Source of the DNA: Candidatus Methanomethylicia archaeon
GTDB lineage: Archaea > Thermoproteota > Methanomethylicia > Nezhaarchaeales > B40-G2
Reading direction: 5' to 3'
DNA: 64,000 nt
Assembly (NCBI GenBank): GCA_029259155.1
Contig: JAPDJI010000001.1
Location: 57,377-121,376, forward strand
This document shows, piece by piece, positions 20,196 to 30,749 of this stretch. The position numbers and the translations under genes are program-made. Numbering within the stretch: the first letter of the stretch is position 1; each line of letters opens with the position of its first letter. Under the pieces are notes generated by a model. That model saw only the letters and a program-made list of their open reading frames with translations, was not told where the DNA came from and did not search any database.

Positions 20196-20981
20196 TTGTT
20201 CAGGGTCGGCTTGGAAGAATGGCTTCCCGTCTATCGAGACATAGCTGAAAAGCTAAGGATAGATACAGGCCGTGACCGTTACGCTACAAGGCTTCTAAGC
20301 GAGCTCTTAGCTGGTAAGAGTGCGAAGGTGGAGGAGTTAGAAGCTAAGCTTCTAGGTAAACCTGTAGTAGTTTTCGGTGCTGGTCCTTCGCTTGAGAAAT
20401 ATTTAAGGGAGGAGGCCTTAGATTTCCTTCGCTCAAAGTGCATTTTCATAGCTGCTGATGGCGCTACCACCGCCCTTATGGAACGTGGTTTTAACCCTGA
20501 CGTTATATGCACCGATCTCGACGGTAGGGTTGAGGACCAGCTGGAGGCTAATATAAGGGGGGCATTGCTAGTGGTTCATGCTCATGGTGATAACATCAAC
20601 GCCCTACTCAACTATGTTCCCCTCTTTCACGCTCCTGTCCTGGGCTCTACGCAGGTTGAACCGGCTTTAAGGGTCTATAACTTCGGCGGCTTTACTGACG
20701 GCGATCGCTGCGCTTTTCTAGCTGAGTGGTGCGGGGCTAGCTTAATAGCGATGATAGGCATGGACCTTGGACGTATAGTAGGTAAATATTCTAAGCCCTG
20801 GCTTCAGGCCTCGGCGGAAGCAAGCCAAAGCAAGGCGTTGAAGCTATCCATTGCGGGTCAGCTTCTAGAGTGGTTAGCCTCTAAGGCTGAAGCCCCCCTA
20901 GTGCTGGTTGGGGGGGATAGAGAGCTTAGAGGAATAAGTAAGGTAAGCCTTGAGGAACTAGCCAGCATCGTGGAAGGCTAA
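20196..20981 (+). CDS. mptE: 6-hydroxymethyl-7,8-dihydropterin pyrophosphokinase MptE (DUF115)
   Basis: GAGPSL, AADGAT, TDLDG, VHAHGDN and NFGGFTDGDR motifs. Confidence 0.88.
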   Translation: MFRVGLEEWLPVYRDIAEKLRIDTGRDRYATRLLSELLAGKSAKVEELEAKLLGKPVVVFGAGPSLEKYLREEALDFLRSKCIFIAADGATTALMERGFNPDVICTDLDGRVEDQLEANIRGALLVVHAHGDNINALLNYVPLFHAPVLGSTQVEPALRVYNFGGFTDGDRCAFLAEWCGASLIAMIGMDLGRIVGKYSKPWLQASAEASQSKALKLSIAGQLLEWLASKAEAPLVLVGGDRELRGISKVSLEELASIVEG

Positions 20982-21010
20982 ATTTAAGACTTCTCTCCTT
21001 CAGCAGTAGC

Positions 21011-21415
21011 TTGGAGCTGAGGAGCTTGGAGGATCCTGCTAAGCCCTACTTTTATCAAGGACTAACCGATAGGGAAAGAGCGGTCTTCGAGGGAGCTATA
21101 GCTTTAGCCACCATATACCATCAATTCGTGGGCACTCCCGTATCGAGGAGTCGCAAGGTTATAAGGTCCTTGGAGAGGGCTATCGAACGTTCCATCTTGT
21201 TGCAGCCTTTTAAGGAAAAGGTGGAAGTTAGAATTATCCCTAAAAGACCGAAGAGCGGCAAGGGCCCTTATGCTTATTTCTCTTTAACGGGAGAGATGTT
21301 GGAGGTTAAAGTCGTAGCTAAGTATGGTAAAGCCAGAGCATACGTGGCTATGCGTTTTATCCCTGAGCTGGGCTACCCATTAATGTACGTGGAAAAGGTG
21401 GAGGAGAACGAATGA
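21011..21415 (+). CDS. mptD: Archaeal dihydroneopterin aldolase MptD (DUF381)
   Basis: TDRERAVFEG, IYHQFVGTPV and YPLMYV motifs. Confidence 0.88.
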   Translation: MELRSLEDPAKPYFYQGLTDRERAVFEGAIALATIYHQFVGTPVSRSRKVIRSLERAIERSILLQPFKEKVEVRIIPKRPKSGKGPYAYFSLTGEMLEVKVVAKYGKARAYVAMRFIPELGYPLMYVEKVEENE

Positions 21416-22134
21416 ATATCATGTGGGGGATAACGGGGGCAGGATGCTTTTTACGGGAGTCTTTTGAGGCGGTGGAGGAATCTAAGAGGAATTTTAACGT
21501 AAAGGTGACCATAGCCTTAACTAGAGCAGGAGAGGAGTTGGTGAGGATTTATGGTCTCGAAGATAGGCTGAAAAACATCTCTCCTGGTAGATACTATGAA
21601 GAAGTATTAACCGAGGGCACTGAAGGGCGAAGCGGATATAGGATAGGTAGATTAGCAGCAGGCCTCTACGACGCGCTCTTTGTTTCCCCTGCGACGGCCA
21701 ATACTGTGGCTAAAATAGTGATGGGTATAGCCGACACCTTAGTTACTAATGCTGTGGCTCAAGCTGTAAAAGGAGGGGTACCTGTCCTAATCGTTCCTAC
21801 CGATCAGAAGGAGCTCATCGAAACCCCTCTACCCCACAGAGTTGACCGTGAAGCCTGTGTTGGCTGTTCTCCCTGTCCGGCTGTTGAGGCCTGCCCCTAT
21901 GGGGCTTTAAAGATGGTGGCGGGAAAGGCGTGGATCGACCTGGCTACGTGCCACGGTTGCGGAGCCTGTGTTGAGGCTTGTCCCTACTCAGCGGTGAAGG
22001 GGGGGGAGAGAGTGATGGTTAGGGTCAGGAGGGTGGACCTAGAAAACGTTGAGAGATTAAAGCGTATGGAGGGGATCTCTGTACTAAGCTCCCCTTCAGA
22101 GCTAAGCTCTATGCTACGAAGACTTGAAGGCTAG
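21412..22134 (+). CDS. dmrX: Dihydromethanopterin reductase (iron-sulfur flavoprotein, DmrX-like)
   Basis: WGITGAG, PATANTVAKI...ADTLVTN, and two ferredoxin CxxCxxCxxxCP motifs. Confidence 0.82.
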   Translation: MNIMWGITGAGCFLRESFEAVEESKRNFNVKVTIALTRAGEELVRIYGLEDRLKNISPGRYYEEVLTEGTEGRSGYRIGRLAAGLYDALFVSPATANTVAKIVMGIADTLVTNAVAQAVKGGVPVLIVPTDQKELIETPLPHRVDREACVGCSPCPAVEACPYGALKMVAGKAWIDLATCHGCGACVEACPYSAVKGGERVMVRVRRVDLENVERLKRMEGISVLSSPSELSSMLRRLEG

Positions 22135-23717
22135 GGGAGGTATGAGATTCCATAAGCCAGCTCCTCAGCGGGATTCACGGTTACAATAGGTTCTATCGGG
22201 GCAAACTTTCTACCATATATGGGTTTAAACGGCTCTACGGCAATCCATCCTAGGTCCTCAACTCCTGAAGCTAAGTTTTCATCCTCGATTAAGACGCTAA
22301 ACTGATCTATAGACACGTCTTCGATCCTTTCTTCTCTTAGAGGTCCTGTATCGGTCATTATCTTAGCCATTACCGCGGGCTGGGTGGTAAAGGAGGACTC
22401 GAAGTCTACGTCGAGGCTACTCCCTACAGCCACATCCTCTTCTATACCTGTCTGGATCAGTAATCCTCCTGTAAACGTGGTATTAGCAATGCCCTCCTCG
22501 ATGGCTATGTAGCCTACTTCGCCGTCGGTTACCGTTTCCTCGGCCTCCACATGCATATTCTCGATGCCTGTAGTGGTGACGTCCTCTATCCTGGCGTGGG
22601 CGGCACGGGCATATACGTAATCCCTTCCTTGAAGTTGAGTTAGCGTTACCGGCTTGGAGCTAAAGTAGGAGGAGAAGGTTACATCGGTCGGCGTTTCTTC
22701 CAAACCGACCTCGACGTATAGTTCTCCTATCCTCCACTGCCCTCTTCTGAGAGCTAGCCAACAAACGGTCTCGTAACCATGGGTTTCGTATTCGTATTCT
22801 TCGAAACAAGCTTGAAACCCTGCAAGCGTAACGTTCCAAATTCTAACAACTCCTTCCGAATCAGAGGTCGTGTTTAGACGTGAAGGAGATGCCACCACTA
22901 CTGGTGGTTCAGAATCTGGATAAGCGTATAGAAAGCGCGTCTCAGTCCACCTGCTATCTACGCTTAGTAAACCTGCTTCTCCCACTATATCGAAGACATC
23001 ATTAAAGCTGCTTTCACTAGCTGCGTCTTTATCTCCATAGAACATATAGATGTCCACTTCACCTCCGCTAGGCAGCGAAGGCACCTTAACCCACACGATA
23101 CTTGTACCTTGTGTGTTCCAAGACTCTATCCAGTAACTAAGCTTACCAGTTGCGTTGGAGTAAAGATAGAACCTTAAATCTCCTCCATTCCACCTGGCCC
23201 TGGAATAATTGAAGTTATCGGGAGTTAGCTGGATTTCAACTTGAAAGTCGTGTAGTTCACCGTTTCCTGGAGGATTTTCTATGGTTATCCTTTTCACGTA
23301 GTACCCTTCATATTCTCCTTCAAAGATCCTCCTCCTTGTAACAACAAAAACTTCTGAGTCTGGGTTTATCTGGGAACCATTAAGAACTAGGACTACAGAG
23401 TTGCCTCCTGGGCTTAAGCCTAGATCAAGGCTGAAGACCTTATCTCCCACCCAGACGTGGTCGACGACCGTGAAGACTTGTCCTTTATTCACTATCGTGA
23501 GCTCCACTGCGGTGGAATTTAAGGCCTTAAACTTTACTTCGAGGTCTTCACTAAGCCTTTCTGCTTCCTCGTTTAGTGTTTCCCTAACGCTATTGATGTA
23601 CTTAGCGTACCTATCTTGCATGTAGAGGAGGGAAGCGAATGCTGCGCCGAAGATCACTATGAATATCATAGCTCCTACGATGGAGCTAAGAGCTCTATGG
23701 CTCGACCTCGACCTCAT
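22131..23717 (-). CDS. Type IV pilin-like surface protein with DUF2341 domain and lectin-like repeats
   Basis: Class III signal RA|LSSIVG followed by a TM; GGDLRF...YWIESWN...VWVKVP...IYMFYG (DUF2341); repeated P-V...E.hGWhA units. Confidence 0.7.
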   Translation of the reverse strand: MRSRSSHRALSSIVGAMIFIVIFGAAFASLLYMQDRYAKYINSVRETLNEEAERLSEDLEVKFKALNSTAVELTIVNKGQVFTVVDHVWVGDKVFSLDLGLSPGGNSVVLVLNGSQINPDSEVFVVTRRRIFEGEYEGYYVKRITIENPPGNGELHDFQVEIQLTPDNFNYSRARWNGGDLRFYLYSNATGKLSYWIESWNTQGTSIVWVKVPSLPSGGEVDIYMFYGDKDAASESSFNDVFDIVGEAGLLSVDSRWTETRFLYAYPDSEPPVVVASPSRLNTTSDSEGVVRIWNVTLAGFQACFEEYEYETHGYETVCWLALRRGQWRIGELYVEVGLEETPTDVTFSSYFSSKPVTLTQLQGRDYVYARAAHARIEDVTTTGIENMHVEAEETVTDGEVGYIAIEEGIANTTFTGGLLIQTGIEEDVAVGSSLDVDFESSFTTQPAVMAKIMTDTGPLREERIEDVSIDQFSVLIEDENLASGVEDLGWIAVEPFKPIYGRKFAPIEPIVTVNPAEELAYGISYLP

Positions 23718-24132
23718 ACCTAGTCCCCGTAGACGACACTACTAAGATCCTATAACTCTCCTCTGCCCACTCTGAGTAAGGTACATTAATGCTCCGCCAT
23801 TCTCCGGACGGTATGTGTTCGTCTACTTGGTTTAGGATACCATTTATGAATACTCCTCTAATGTCTGTGTCGATGCCTCCGTAGTTGTATACCACGACGG
23901 TTATGGTGTCGTTATGAGTGTTGAGAAATACCTTAGTTATAATGAACTTCTCTAGAAGCTCTCTTTCATGACTCTGAATAAGTCTATCCATAGCTCCGGA
24001 CATGGTCTGAAACTGAGTAGTACTATACATATACACTGATAGGCCGACTGAGAGAACGACCACAGCCATTAGGAGGTTCGTTATTATATCGCTAACTCCT
24101 CGTCTCCTTGTTATAAACGCCATGTCCAACAC
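23695..24132 (-). CDS. Archaeal type IV pilin
   Basis: RRRG|VSDII plus hydrophobic helix; VYNYG motif. Confidence 0.8.
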   Translation of the reverse strand: MLDMAFITRRRGVSDIITNLLMAVVVLSVGLSVYMYSTTQFQTMSGAMDRLIQSHERELLEKFIITKVFLNTHNDTITVVVYNYGGIDTDIRGVFINGILNQVDEHIPSGEWRSINVPYSEWAEESYRILVVSSTGTRYEVEVEP

Positions 24133-24208
24133 GTCTCATAAAACAAGTTTTTTATAGCTCGGTAAAAACCTTTACTTCCAGTAATATAACTGGAGGCCTC
24201 AGTCAATC

Positions 24209-27200
24209 TTGCGGTCTAGGCCAATTAGAGCAAGGAGGGGTATCTCTCCTATCATCGCAACCGTTCTTCTCATAACTATCGGCGTAGCAGCGGCAGCAGC
24301 TGTCTATACTTGGGCTCCTACAACCCTTTCTCCCTTAACGAGGCCTGAAGCGGCTGAGGAGTACCTTGAGAGGATCTCGATTGTCGAAGTGATCGTTAGC
24401 GAAAGTAACTTTACTGTGTTTTTCATGAATATAGGTGACATACCTGTTGAAGTGAATGCTATCTATGTTATTGACCCTGAGACGGATGTTCCCATGAAGG
24501 CCTACACCTTCAACCCTGTCGAAGCTCTCCCTGGCTATCTTGTGAACATAACGCTTCCTCTCCAAGAGGAAGACTCAGCTTTCATCAACTCGGAAAGAAC
24601 TGTAACCTTTAAGCTCACAACTACCTTGGGAACGGCCGCAACGCGTACTTTGACACCCATGTACAGCGAGCTTATAACATATCCTTACATTGTTTACCCT
24701 TCTTCGTACAATTTAATCCATGGCACATATGTAGGTGGCACGCTGCCCGATAGTGTCAGGTGGATCGACGGTAACTACTTCTCAATAGCCTCGGAGCCTA
24801 CTTCGACCGACACTGTTACTTCTCACCCTTCAAGTTATGCTCTTCTAAATGAAACTTCCCTAATAGGAGGAGATGTCGAAGACCTTTCCGCTAACGACGC
24901 TGAATACATGGTGTTTGAGAGTTACAGGGAAATCTCTGAAGTAGATTACCATCCTTCAAGCTATGAAACCCTTGGAGGCACCTCTCATGTAGCGGGAGGA
25001 GTTGAAAATTTGGTAGATAGCGATGATGACTATATGGTGTTCGAGAGTTATCCTTCCATGTACTCGGTAAGAGCCTTTACGGCTTATCGAAGTGATACAG
25101 GCAGTGGTAGCGATTACCCTAAAGTTAGGTGGTGGAATGGTACAGGGTGGGAAGCGGAAGAGGAGCTAATTAGTGCCGGGACCATCTATTGGGTGCGTGT
25201 AGCGTCTAACCCTAGTGAAGACGAGAAAATCGTCGCCGCTATGACGTGGTCTGCTCCCACTTCATCCTTATACGCCTATGTTTGGAATGGTACAAATTGG
25301 CAATCCACTTTGATAGCTCAAGGCTTGGAAGGAAGCACTTACCGGACAAGGTGCTTCGATGTAGCCTATGAACAATCTAGCGGAGAAGCGTTGATAGTCT
25401 ATGCTAAATTATCCTCTTACTCCAGCCAAGACTTTGCCGACCGCATCTGGAATGGTAATAGCTGGAGCGAAGAAAACTGGGTGGACGATCCCGATATAAC
25501 GATCACACGTAAAATATACTGGATGCATCTTGCCTCTAAGCTTGGAAGCAATGAAATAGGATTAATCTACGTCTACTATGACCAAGCTTCTCATGAAAGC
25601 TATGTGAGGGCATGTATTTGGAATGGTAGTGCATGGGGGAACTGGCAGACAATTTCTGGTAGTGGCGGGATATCTTATAACCCGTTAACAGAGATCTGTG
25701 GACTAGCTTATGAGTCACAGTCAAAGGACCTCGTAGCTGCCTCAATATACTACCAGAGCCAGTATCAAATAATTACTTATGAATGGACAGGCTCTTCTTG
25801 GGTATATAGGGGCGTTCACGACCCAAACCCAAACGCTGATGGTGACATACGATGGATCATGTTGAAGCCTGACCCCTCATCCGACAGGGTGATGTTAATG
25901 TGCTCTGATAGCTCATCAGATCTCTCAACTTCGCTGTGGACGGGGACCTCATGGTCTACGGGCGACAATATTAGGCACGATACACAGATAGAAACATATA
26001 GTAGGAGATGCTTTGATGGAGACTGGGAGCCTAGTGATAGCCGCTTCCTACTTGTTTAGGGGCATAGCAAGTACGACGGGTTCTACTATAAGGTATGGAC
26101 GACCTCAGGTTGGAGTAGCCTCAATACCTACAAACCTTCAGGAGTAACAGACCTACAATGGGTCAGGGCAGAGGGTTGTCCGTTGAGTGAAGGAGACGTA
26201 AGGGTTATGGTTGAGGTGATGGATGACAGACACGACATAACCGCAGCGACCTGGAATGGCTCACAGTTCACATCCGTAGAAGAGTTGACTGCGTCGTCGC
26301 TACGAGATTATGAGTGTTTCGACTTGTGTTTCGAAGCCTTTAATTCACCTATAAAACAAACTGTTGAACTTGAGTTTACAGGAAGTAGCGACTCAGAGTT
26401 ATGGTCATCACTGAGTTGGGGTGTTGAGATAGGATTGAATATAGACTATGCTAATGTGCAGCTTCAACTTTACGATTACGACAGTGAGAGCTATCCCTCT
26501 TCAGGCGACGGTTTCCAGGAGTTTACTGCTTATAGTGATGACACGGAGCACTTTCAGGACGTTTTAAGTAACTTTGATCGTTTTAGGGCTGACGATGGTT
26601 CATGGAAGATGAAGGTGAAGGTTACTAAGTTCAGCAGAAGTTCCTTCAGAGTTAGGCTTGACTTAGTCTCGTATAATAGATGTTACGATGTGTATAAGGC
26701 TGAAGTGGAGTTTACAGGATCAGTAGATGTAGCTGACTATGAGTGGGTGAACATTACATGGAAGCTCGATCTCTCCTTTAACGTCTCAGGTGTTACCACG
26801 ACTTTACGACTTTATAACTACGAGGACGGGACTTACGCCTCCTCCGGGGACGGCTTTGATTCATTTACCGCTAGCTCAGCGGGAGTTGATTATACACGCG
26901 TAAATAATGTCACAACAGATCCTGAAAGATTTAGGTCAAACGTTGGTGGATGGAAGGTTAAAGTTAGTGCCTCGATCCTTAATACCCCATCTCAAACCTA
27001 CCCCTTCACCATGAATATTGACCTTGTTGAGTACGAACCTAGCTACTACTCTGAGCAAGGCCTTGACGTAAGCTTTAACTTCACCGACGTAAATCCACCC
27101 TACGATCCTGAAAACTATAAGTTTACGGTGACCCTCAGTAGTACACGTAGCATTGAGTTATCTTTCTACTTCTGGAATTATACTGAGGGTGGTTGGAGCC

Positions 27201-27367
27201 TTCTAGGCAGTTATGTTTGGGATGGATCAGGAAGTATTAGCTTCACCGTAAACGCCACGCAGTGTGTAGAAGGAGGAATAGCAAAGCTCAGGATAGTTGG
27301 CTCAAGGAGTGGCTCAAATTTTCAGCTAAACATCGATAGGCTTAGATTACTAGCTTTACAAAGCTAA
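24209..27367 (+). pseudogene. Giant pilin-tipped adhesin (about 1052 codons) split by one in-frame TAG at 26057-26059
   Basis: RRG|ISPII prepilin signal; track ORFs 24209-26059 and 26183-27367 share a frame and 26060-26182 is open. Confidence 0.75.
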
Positions 27368-27609
27368 CTTTTCTTCTTTATGACTTCTTTGCTGCCTAGA
27401 GCTTACATATGATCGTGGCCTTCTTGGTTAGGGTGTCAGTTGAGCATTGCTGGCTTGTTTTTCGATGATTACCAATAGGGTTGCAGCTATGACTATCGCT
27501 ACTAGGGCTAGGTGTTCTATGAGCATGGTGAGATGGGTACTGGTAGCCTCGACGTGGTGAGTAAGCCGCAGGTTAGGGGGGTGATGGAAGCGTTACGTGG
27601 ATCGCTCTC

Positions 27610-28650
27610 TCAGCTAGCTAGGGGTGGAACAGCAGCCCATAAAAGAACCCTAAGCTCCTCCACGTCCCCCTCTACTTGATTGAGGGCCTCTTCAGCCTCC
27701 TTCATGAACTCCCTCAAGATATGGAGGGTCCTATCTATTCCTCCGCTTTTCTCAGCAAGCTCTAATATCATTTCAAGCTCTTCTAAGGTCAACTCCTTCT
27801 TGGTCAATAAATCGTATAACTTTTTTCCATGTCTCTTAGACTTAAGCGTATAGTAGAGTGGTAGTGGAAGGCTTTCGTGCTTGACCCTTGATTTCAACTC
27901 AACTTTGTAGTTTATGAGGTCTTCTAGGTCATCGCGTAATATAGCTATCGCGCCGAGTTTTCTACCGAATGTTCCAAGGGCGTCTACCTGCTTGTCGCTA
28001 CCTCCTCCTATTAAGGCCCCCACTCTTGCGTAGGCTTCCACGTCCGCCGCTTTCATCTCAACGACCTTCAAGTAGGCTTCCGGCGTAACCTTTAGGTTAC
28101 CAATGAACCTTAGCTCACAAGCTTCAGCATTTCCCAGCTCGAAAATTAAATCTAAGACCTTCTCGACCTCAGCTTCAGGTATTTTCAGCTCTCTTAGAGC
28201 AGAGGCCAGCATCCATAACCCCTTAATTAAAAGGGCATCTCCTAAGAGAAGAGTTACGTTCACCCCGTATCGTCCAAGAATCGTTCTACGACCTCTAGCC
28301 CCCTTTATGTAAGACCTATCAATGATATCGTCGTGTAGGTCGAAAGCCCCACTAATTAGTATAAGTGGCGCGGCCACTGAAGCGACATTTTCTCTTCTTC
28401 CCCCTATAGCTTTACACGACAGCGAGATTATCGCAGGCCTTGTGTAATCTCTCCACTTCTTGATAAAATCCATTAACGCTCTCCTAACCTCGGCAGACTC
28501 TATCTTCCAGCTTCTTGCAACTCTTCCAGCTTCCTCAAGTGCTCTTCCACCCTCCTCCATAACAATGGAGCGTGCTCTCTCTACGATCTCATTAAACCCT
28601 CTCAACTGACATCGCCATAAGACATAATCCCTGCGAGTAAAATATATCAT
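27610..28650 (-). CDS. Atypical polyprenyl synthetase/trans-prenyltransferase family protein; start possibly TTG 28605
   Basis: LHDDIID (FARM), LLLGDALL and LRDDLED (SARM) present; GGKR, RRG, GQxxD and KT motifs altered. Confidence 0.8.
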   Translation of the reverse strand: MIYFTRRDYVLWRCQLRGFNEIVERARSIVMEEGGRALEEAGRVARSWKIESAEVRRALMDFIKKWRDYTRPAIISLSCKAIGGRRENVASVAAPLILISGAFDLHDDIIDRSYIKGARGRRTILGRYGVNVTLLLGDALLIKGLWMLASALRELKIPEAEVEKVLDLIFELGNAEACELRFIGNLKVTPEAYLKVVEMKAADVEAYARVGALIGGGSDKQVDALGTFGRKLGAIAILRDDLEDLINYKVELKSRVKHESLPLPLYYTLKSKRHGKKLYDLLTKKELTLEELEMILELAEKSGGIDRTLHILREFMKEAEEALNQVEGDVEELRVLLWAAVPPLAS

Positions 28651-28696
28651 ATGGAGGAGTAAAGGTTACAAGCTCTGAAAAAGGAGGTTTAAACAG

Positions 28697-29674
28697 TTGG
28701 CTGCTATACCCCCTGATGCCTCCATCGCCGTTCTAAAGTCTCTAAGCCAAGAGGAGATTAATTTTCTCCTCGCGGCGGTGGAGGAAGAGGGGGGTACACT
28801 TAGACCTCACTTTGACTTTACTAAAGACCTTCACTTTCCACAAATTGAAGGGAAGATGGTAAGTGAGCTTAAACACGTTATTGAGAACTTGATAGCTAAA
28901 GGGCTCATAGACCAAAAGCTGTCGGATAGGTTGATAGCTTGTCCAGAATGTGGTTCTCACTTAATACTCACATACTATACTTGCCCGTTCTGTGGTAGCC
29001 GAAACGTGCTAAAGGAAAATCTACACGAACATTTCATCTGTGGAGCTATAAGTAGGGAGAGTACAGTTAAACAAGGCGATAAGCTGGTTTGCCCTGTATG
29101 TAAGAGGGAATTTAAGGCGTTAGGCAAGGATTACTCCATCGTAGGCGCCTGGTTTGAATGTGAGGACTGCAAAAAGACCTTTGAAGCTCCTGTAATAATG
29201 CATAAATGCTTGAATTGCGGCCTAGAGTTTGATGTAAGAGGAGCTAGATATGACCACGTGGTTGCCTATTCTCCTACACCTCTTGGATTAGAGGTTGCCA
29301 ATAGGCTGAAGTTGATGAAGGCTATAAGCGAGGTCGGGGCTTCATCGGGCTTTGAGGTAGAGTGGTTTGGAACCATGAAGGGTGTATCGGGCATAATCCA
29401 TGAATTTTCGCTTCTAATGAAGAAACAAGACCTCACCATAGCCGTGGATATAGCCTCTAACGGCAATCGAGGTCTAATTGGGCTTACTGCTACGTTAGCC
29501 AAAGTATACGACACGCCCACGGTTAAACCTGTCGTAGCGATTATCCCTAAAGCTCCTGCTGAGACTGCAGCACTAGCTGCCAGGTATAATATAGTGGTTG
29601 TGGAGGGGGACACCGCTGAGGTCATTAAGGAGCGCTTCGCTGATGTATTGAAGAGGTGGACAGGTAGCTCTTAA
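28697..29674 (+). CDS. Multi-Zn-ribbon TackOD1-like protein with C-terminal endonuclease-like fold
   Basis: CPECGS, CPFCGS, HFICG, CPVC, CEDC and CLNC, then GVSGIIHEFS. Confidence 0.68.
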   Translation: MAAIPPDASIAVLKSLSQEEINFLLAAVEEEGGTLRPHFDFTKDLHFPQIEGKMVSELKHVIENLIAKGLIDQKLSDRLIACPECGSHLILTYYTCPFCGSRNVLKENLHEHFICGAISRESTVKQGDKLVCPVCKREFKALGKDYSIVGAWFECEDCKKTFEAPVIMHKCLNCGLEFDVRGARYDHVVAYSPTPLGLEVANRLKLMKAISEVGASSGFEVEWFGTMKGVSGIIHEFSLLMKKQDLTIAVDIASNGNRGLIGLTATLAKVYDTPTVKPVVAIIPKAPAETAALAARYNIVVVEGDTAEVIKERFADVLKRWTGSS

Positions 29675-29727
29675 CCGCATAAACGCATATATCCTGCTTG
29701 AAGTCCTCCTATAGGACGGTGGTGTGC

Positions 29728-30717
29728 ATGGTAAAGTTCGGGATAGAGCTAGTTCCTGACAGGCCTGTGAGCAAAGTAGTGGAGTTGGCTGTTGCAGCTG
29801 AAGAGAAGGGCTTAGACTACGTATGGGTCACTGACCACTACAATAACCGCAATGTCTACATAACGTTAACCTTGATGGCAACGTCCACCAAGAAGATAAT
29901 GCTCGGGACAGGTGTAACTAACCCCTACGTCATCCACCCTGTGTGGACCGCATCTGCCATAGCAACTCTCGATGAGATAAGCGGAGGACGAGCAATACTA
30001 GGGATTGGTGCGGGTGATAGAGCTACCTTAGAGGGCGTAGGCATAAAATGGGAAAAACCTTTGACCTCGGTTAAGGAAGCCGTAGAGATTATGAGGAAGC
30101 TACTTGCTGGCGAGAAGATTAAGTTAGAGGGTGAAGCTTTCATGGTGGCTAAAGCTAGATTAAACTATAAACCTTCGAGAGTCCCGCCCATTTACGTAGG
30201 AGCTCAAGGACCTAAGATGCTAGAGGTGGCTGGCATGGTGGGCGACGGCGTCCTCATCAACGCTTCGAATCCCAAAGACTTTGAGGATGCTGTCAAATAT
30301 ATTAAGGCAGGGGCGGAGAAGGCTGGGAAGGACCCCTCAAAGATAGACGTAGTAGCTTATACCTGCTTCTCCGTTGATGAGGACTCTGCAGCAGCCAAGG
30401 AAGCGGCCAAGCCTATAGTGGCTTTCATAGTGGCTGGCTCACCTAGTCAAGTACTTTCCAAATACGGAATAACTGATGAAGCCGCTAATAAGGTGAGGGA
30501 AGCTATAGGGAAAGGAGATATTAAGGGAGCTATTGGCCTCGTGGACGATACCATGCTAAACGCCTTCTCGATCGCTGGTACCCCCAGTGAAGTTACCTCC
30601 AAGATAAATGAACTACTAAAGGCTGGCGTAACTCAAGTGGTCATGGGCTCTCCTCTCGGACCCAAGAAAAAGGCCGCCATAGACTTAATGAGCGGGATAG
30701 CCAGCAAATTCAAATAA
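29728..30717 (+). CDS. mer: F420-dependent methylene-H4MPT reductase
   Basis: KFGIELVP, WVTDHYNNRN, GVTNPY, GAQGPKML, LINAS and GVTQVVMGSPLGP motifs. Confidence 0.92.
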   Translation: MVKFGIELVPDRPVSKVVELAVAAEEKGLDYVWVTDHYNNRNVYITLTLMATSTKKIMLGTGVTNPYVIHPVWTASAIATLDEISGGRAILGIGAGDRATLEGVGIKWEKPLTSVKEAVEIMRKLLAGEKIKLEGEAFMVAKARLNYKPSRVPPIYVGAQGPKMLEVAGMVGDGVLINASNPKDFEDAVKYIKAGAEKAGKDPSKIDVVAYTCFSVDEDSAAAKEAAKPIVAFIVAGSPSQVLSKYGITDEAANKVREAIGKGDIKGAIGLVDDTMLNAFSIAGTPSEVTSKINELLKAGVTQVVMGSPLGPKKKAAIDLMSGIASKFK

Positions 30718-30749
30718 TCGCGTCCTTTTTTTGTTGATGGTGGCCCTTT

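Noticed and set aside
27428-27526. 32-aa hydrophobic ORF (MLIEHLALVAIVIAATLLVIIEK...) downstream of the prenyltransferase as its peptide substrate
   Set aside because: No Trp or Cys and no RBS; looks like a leftover TM anchor
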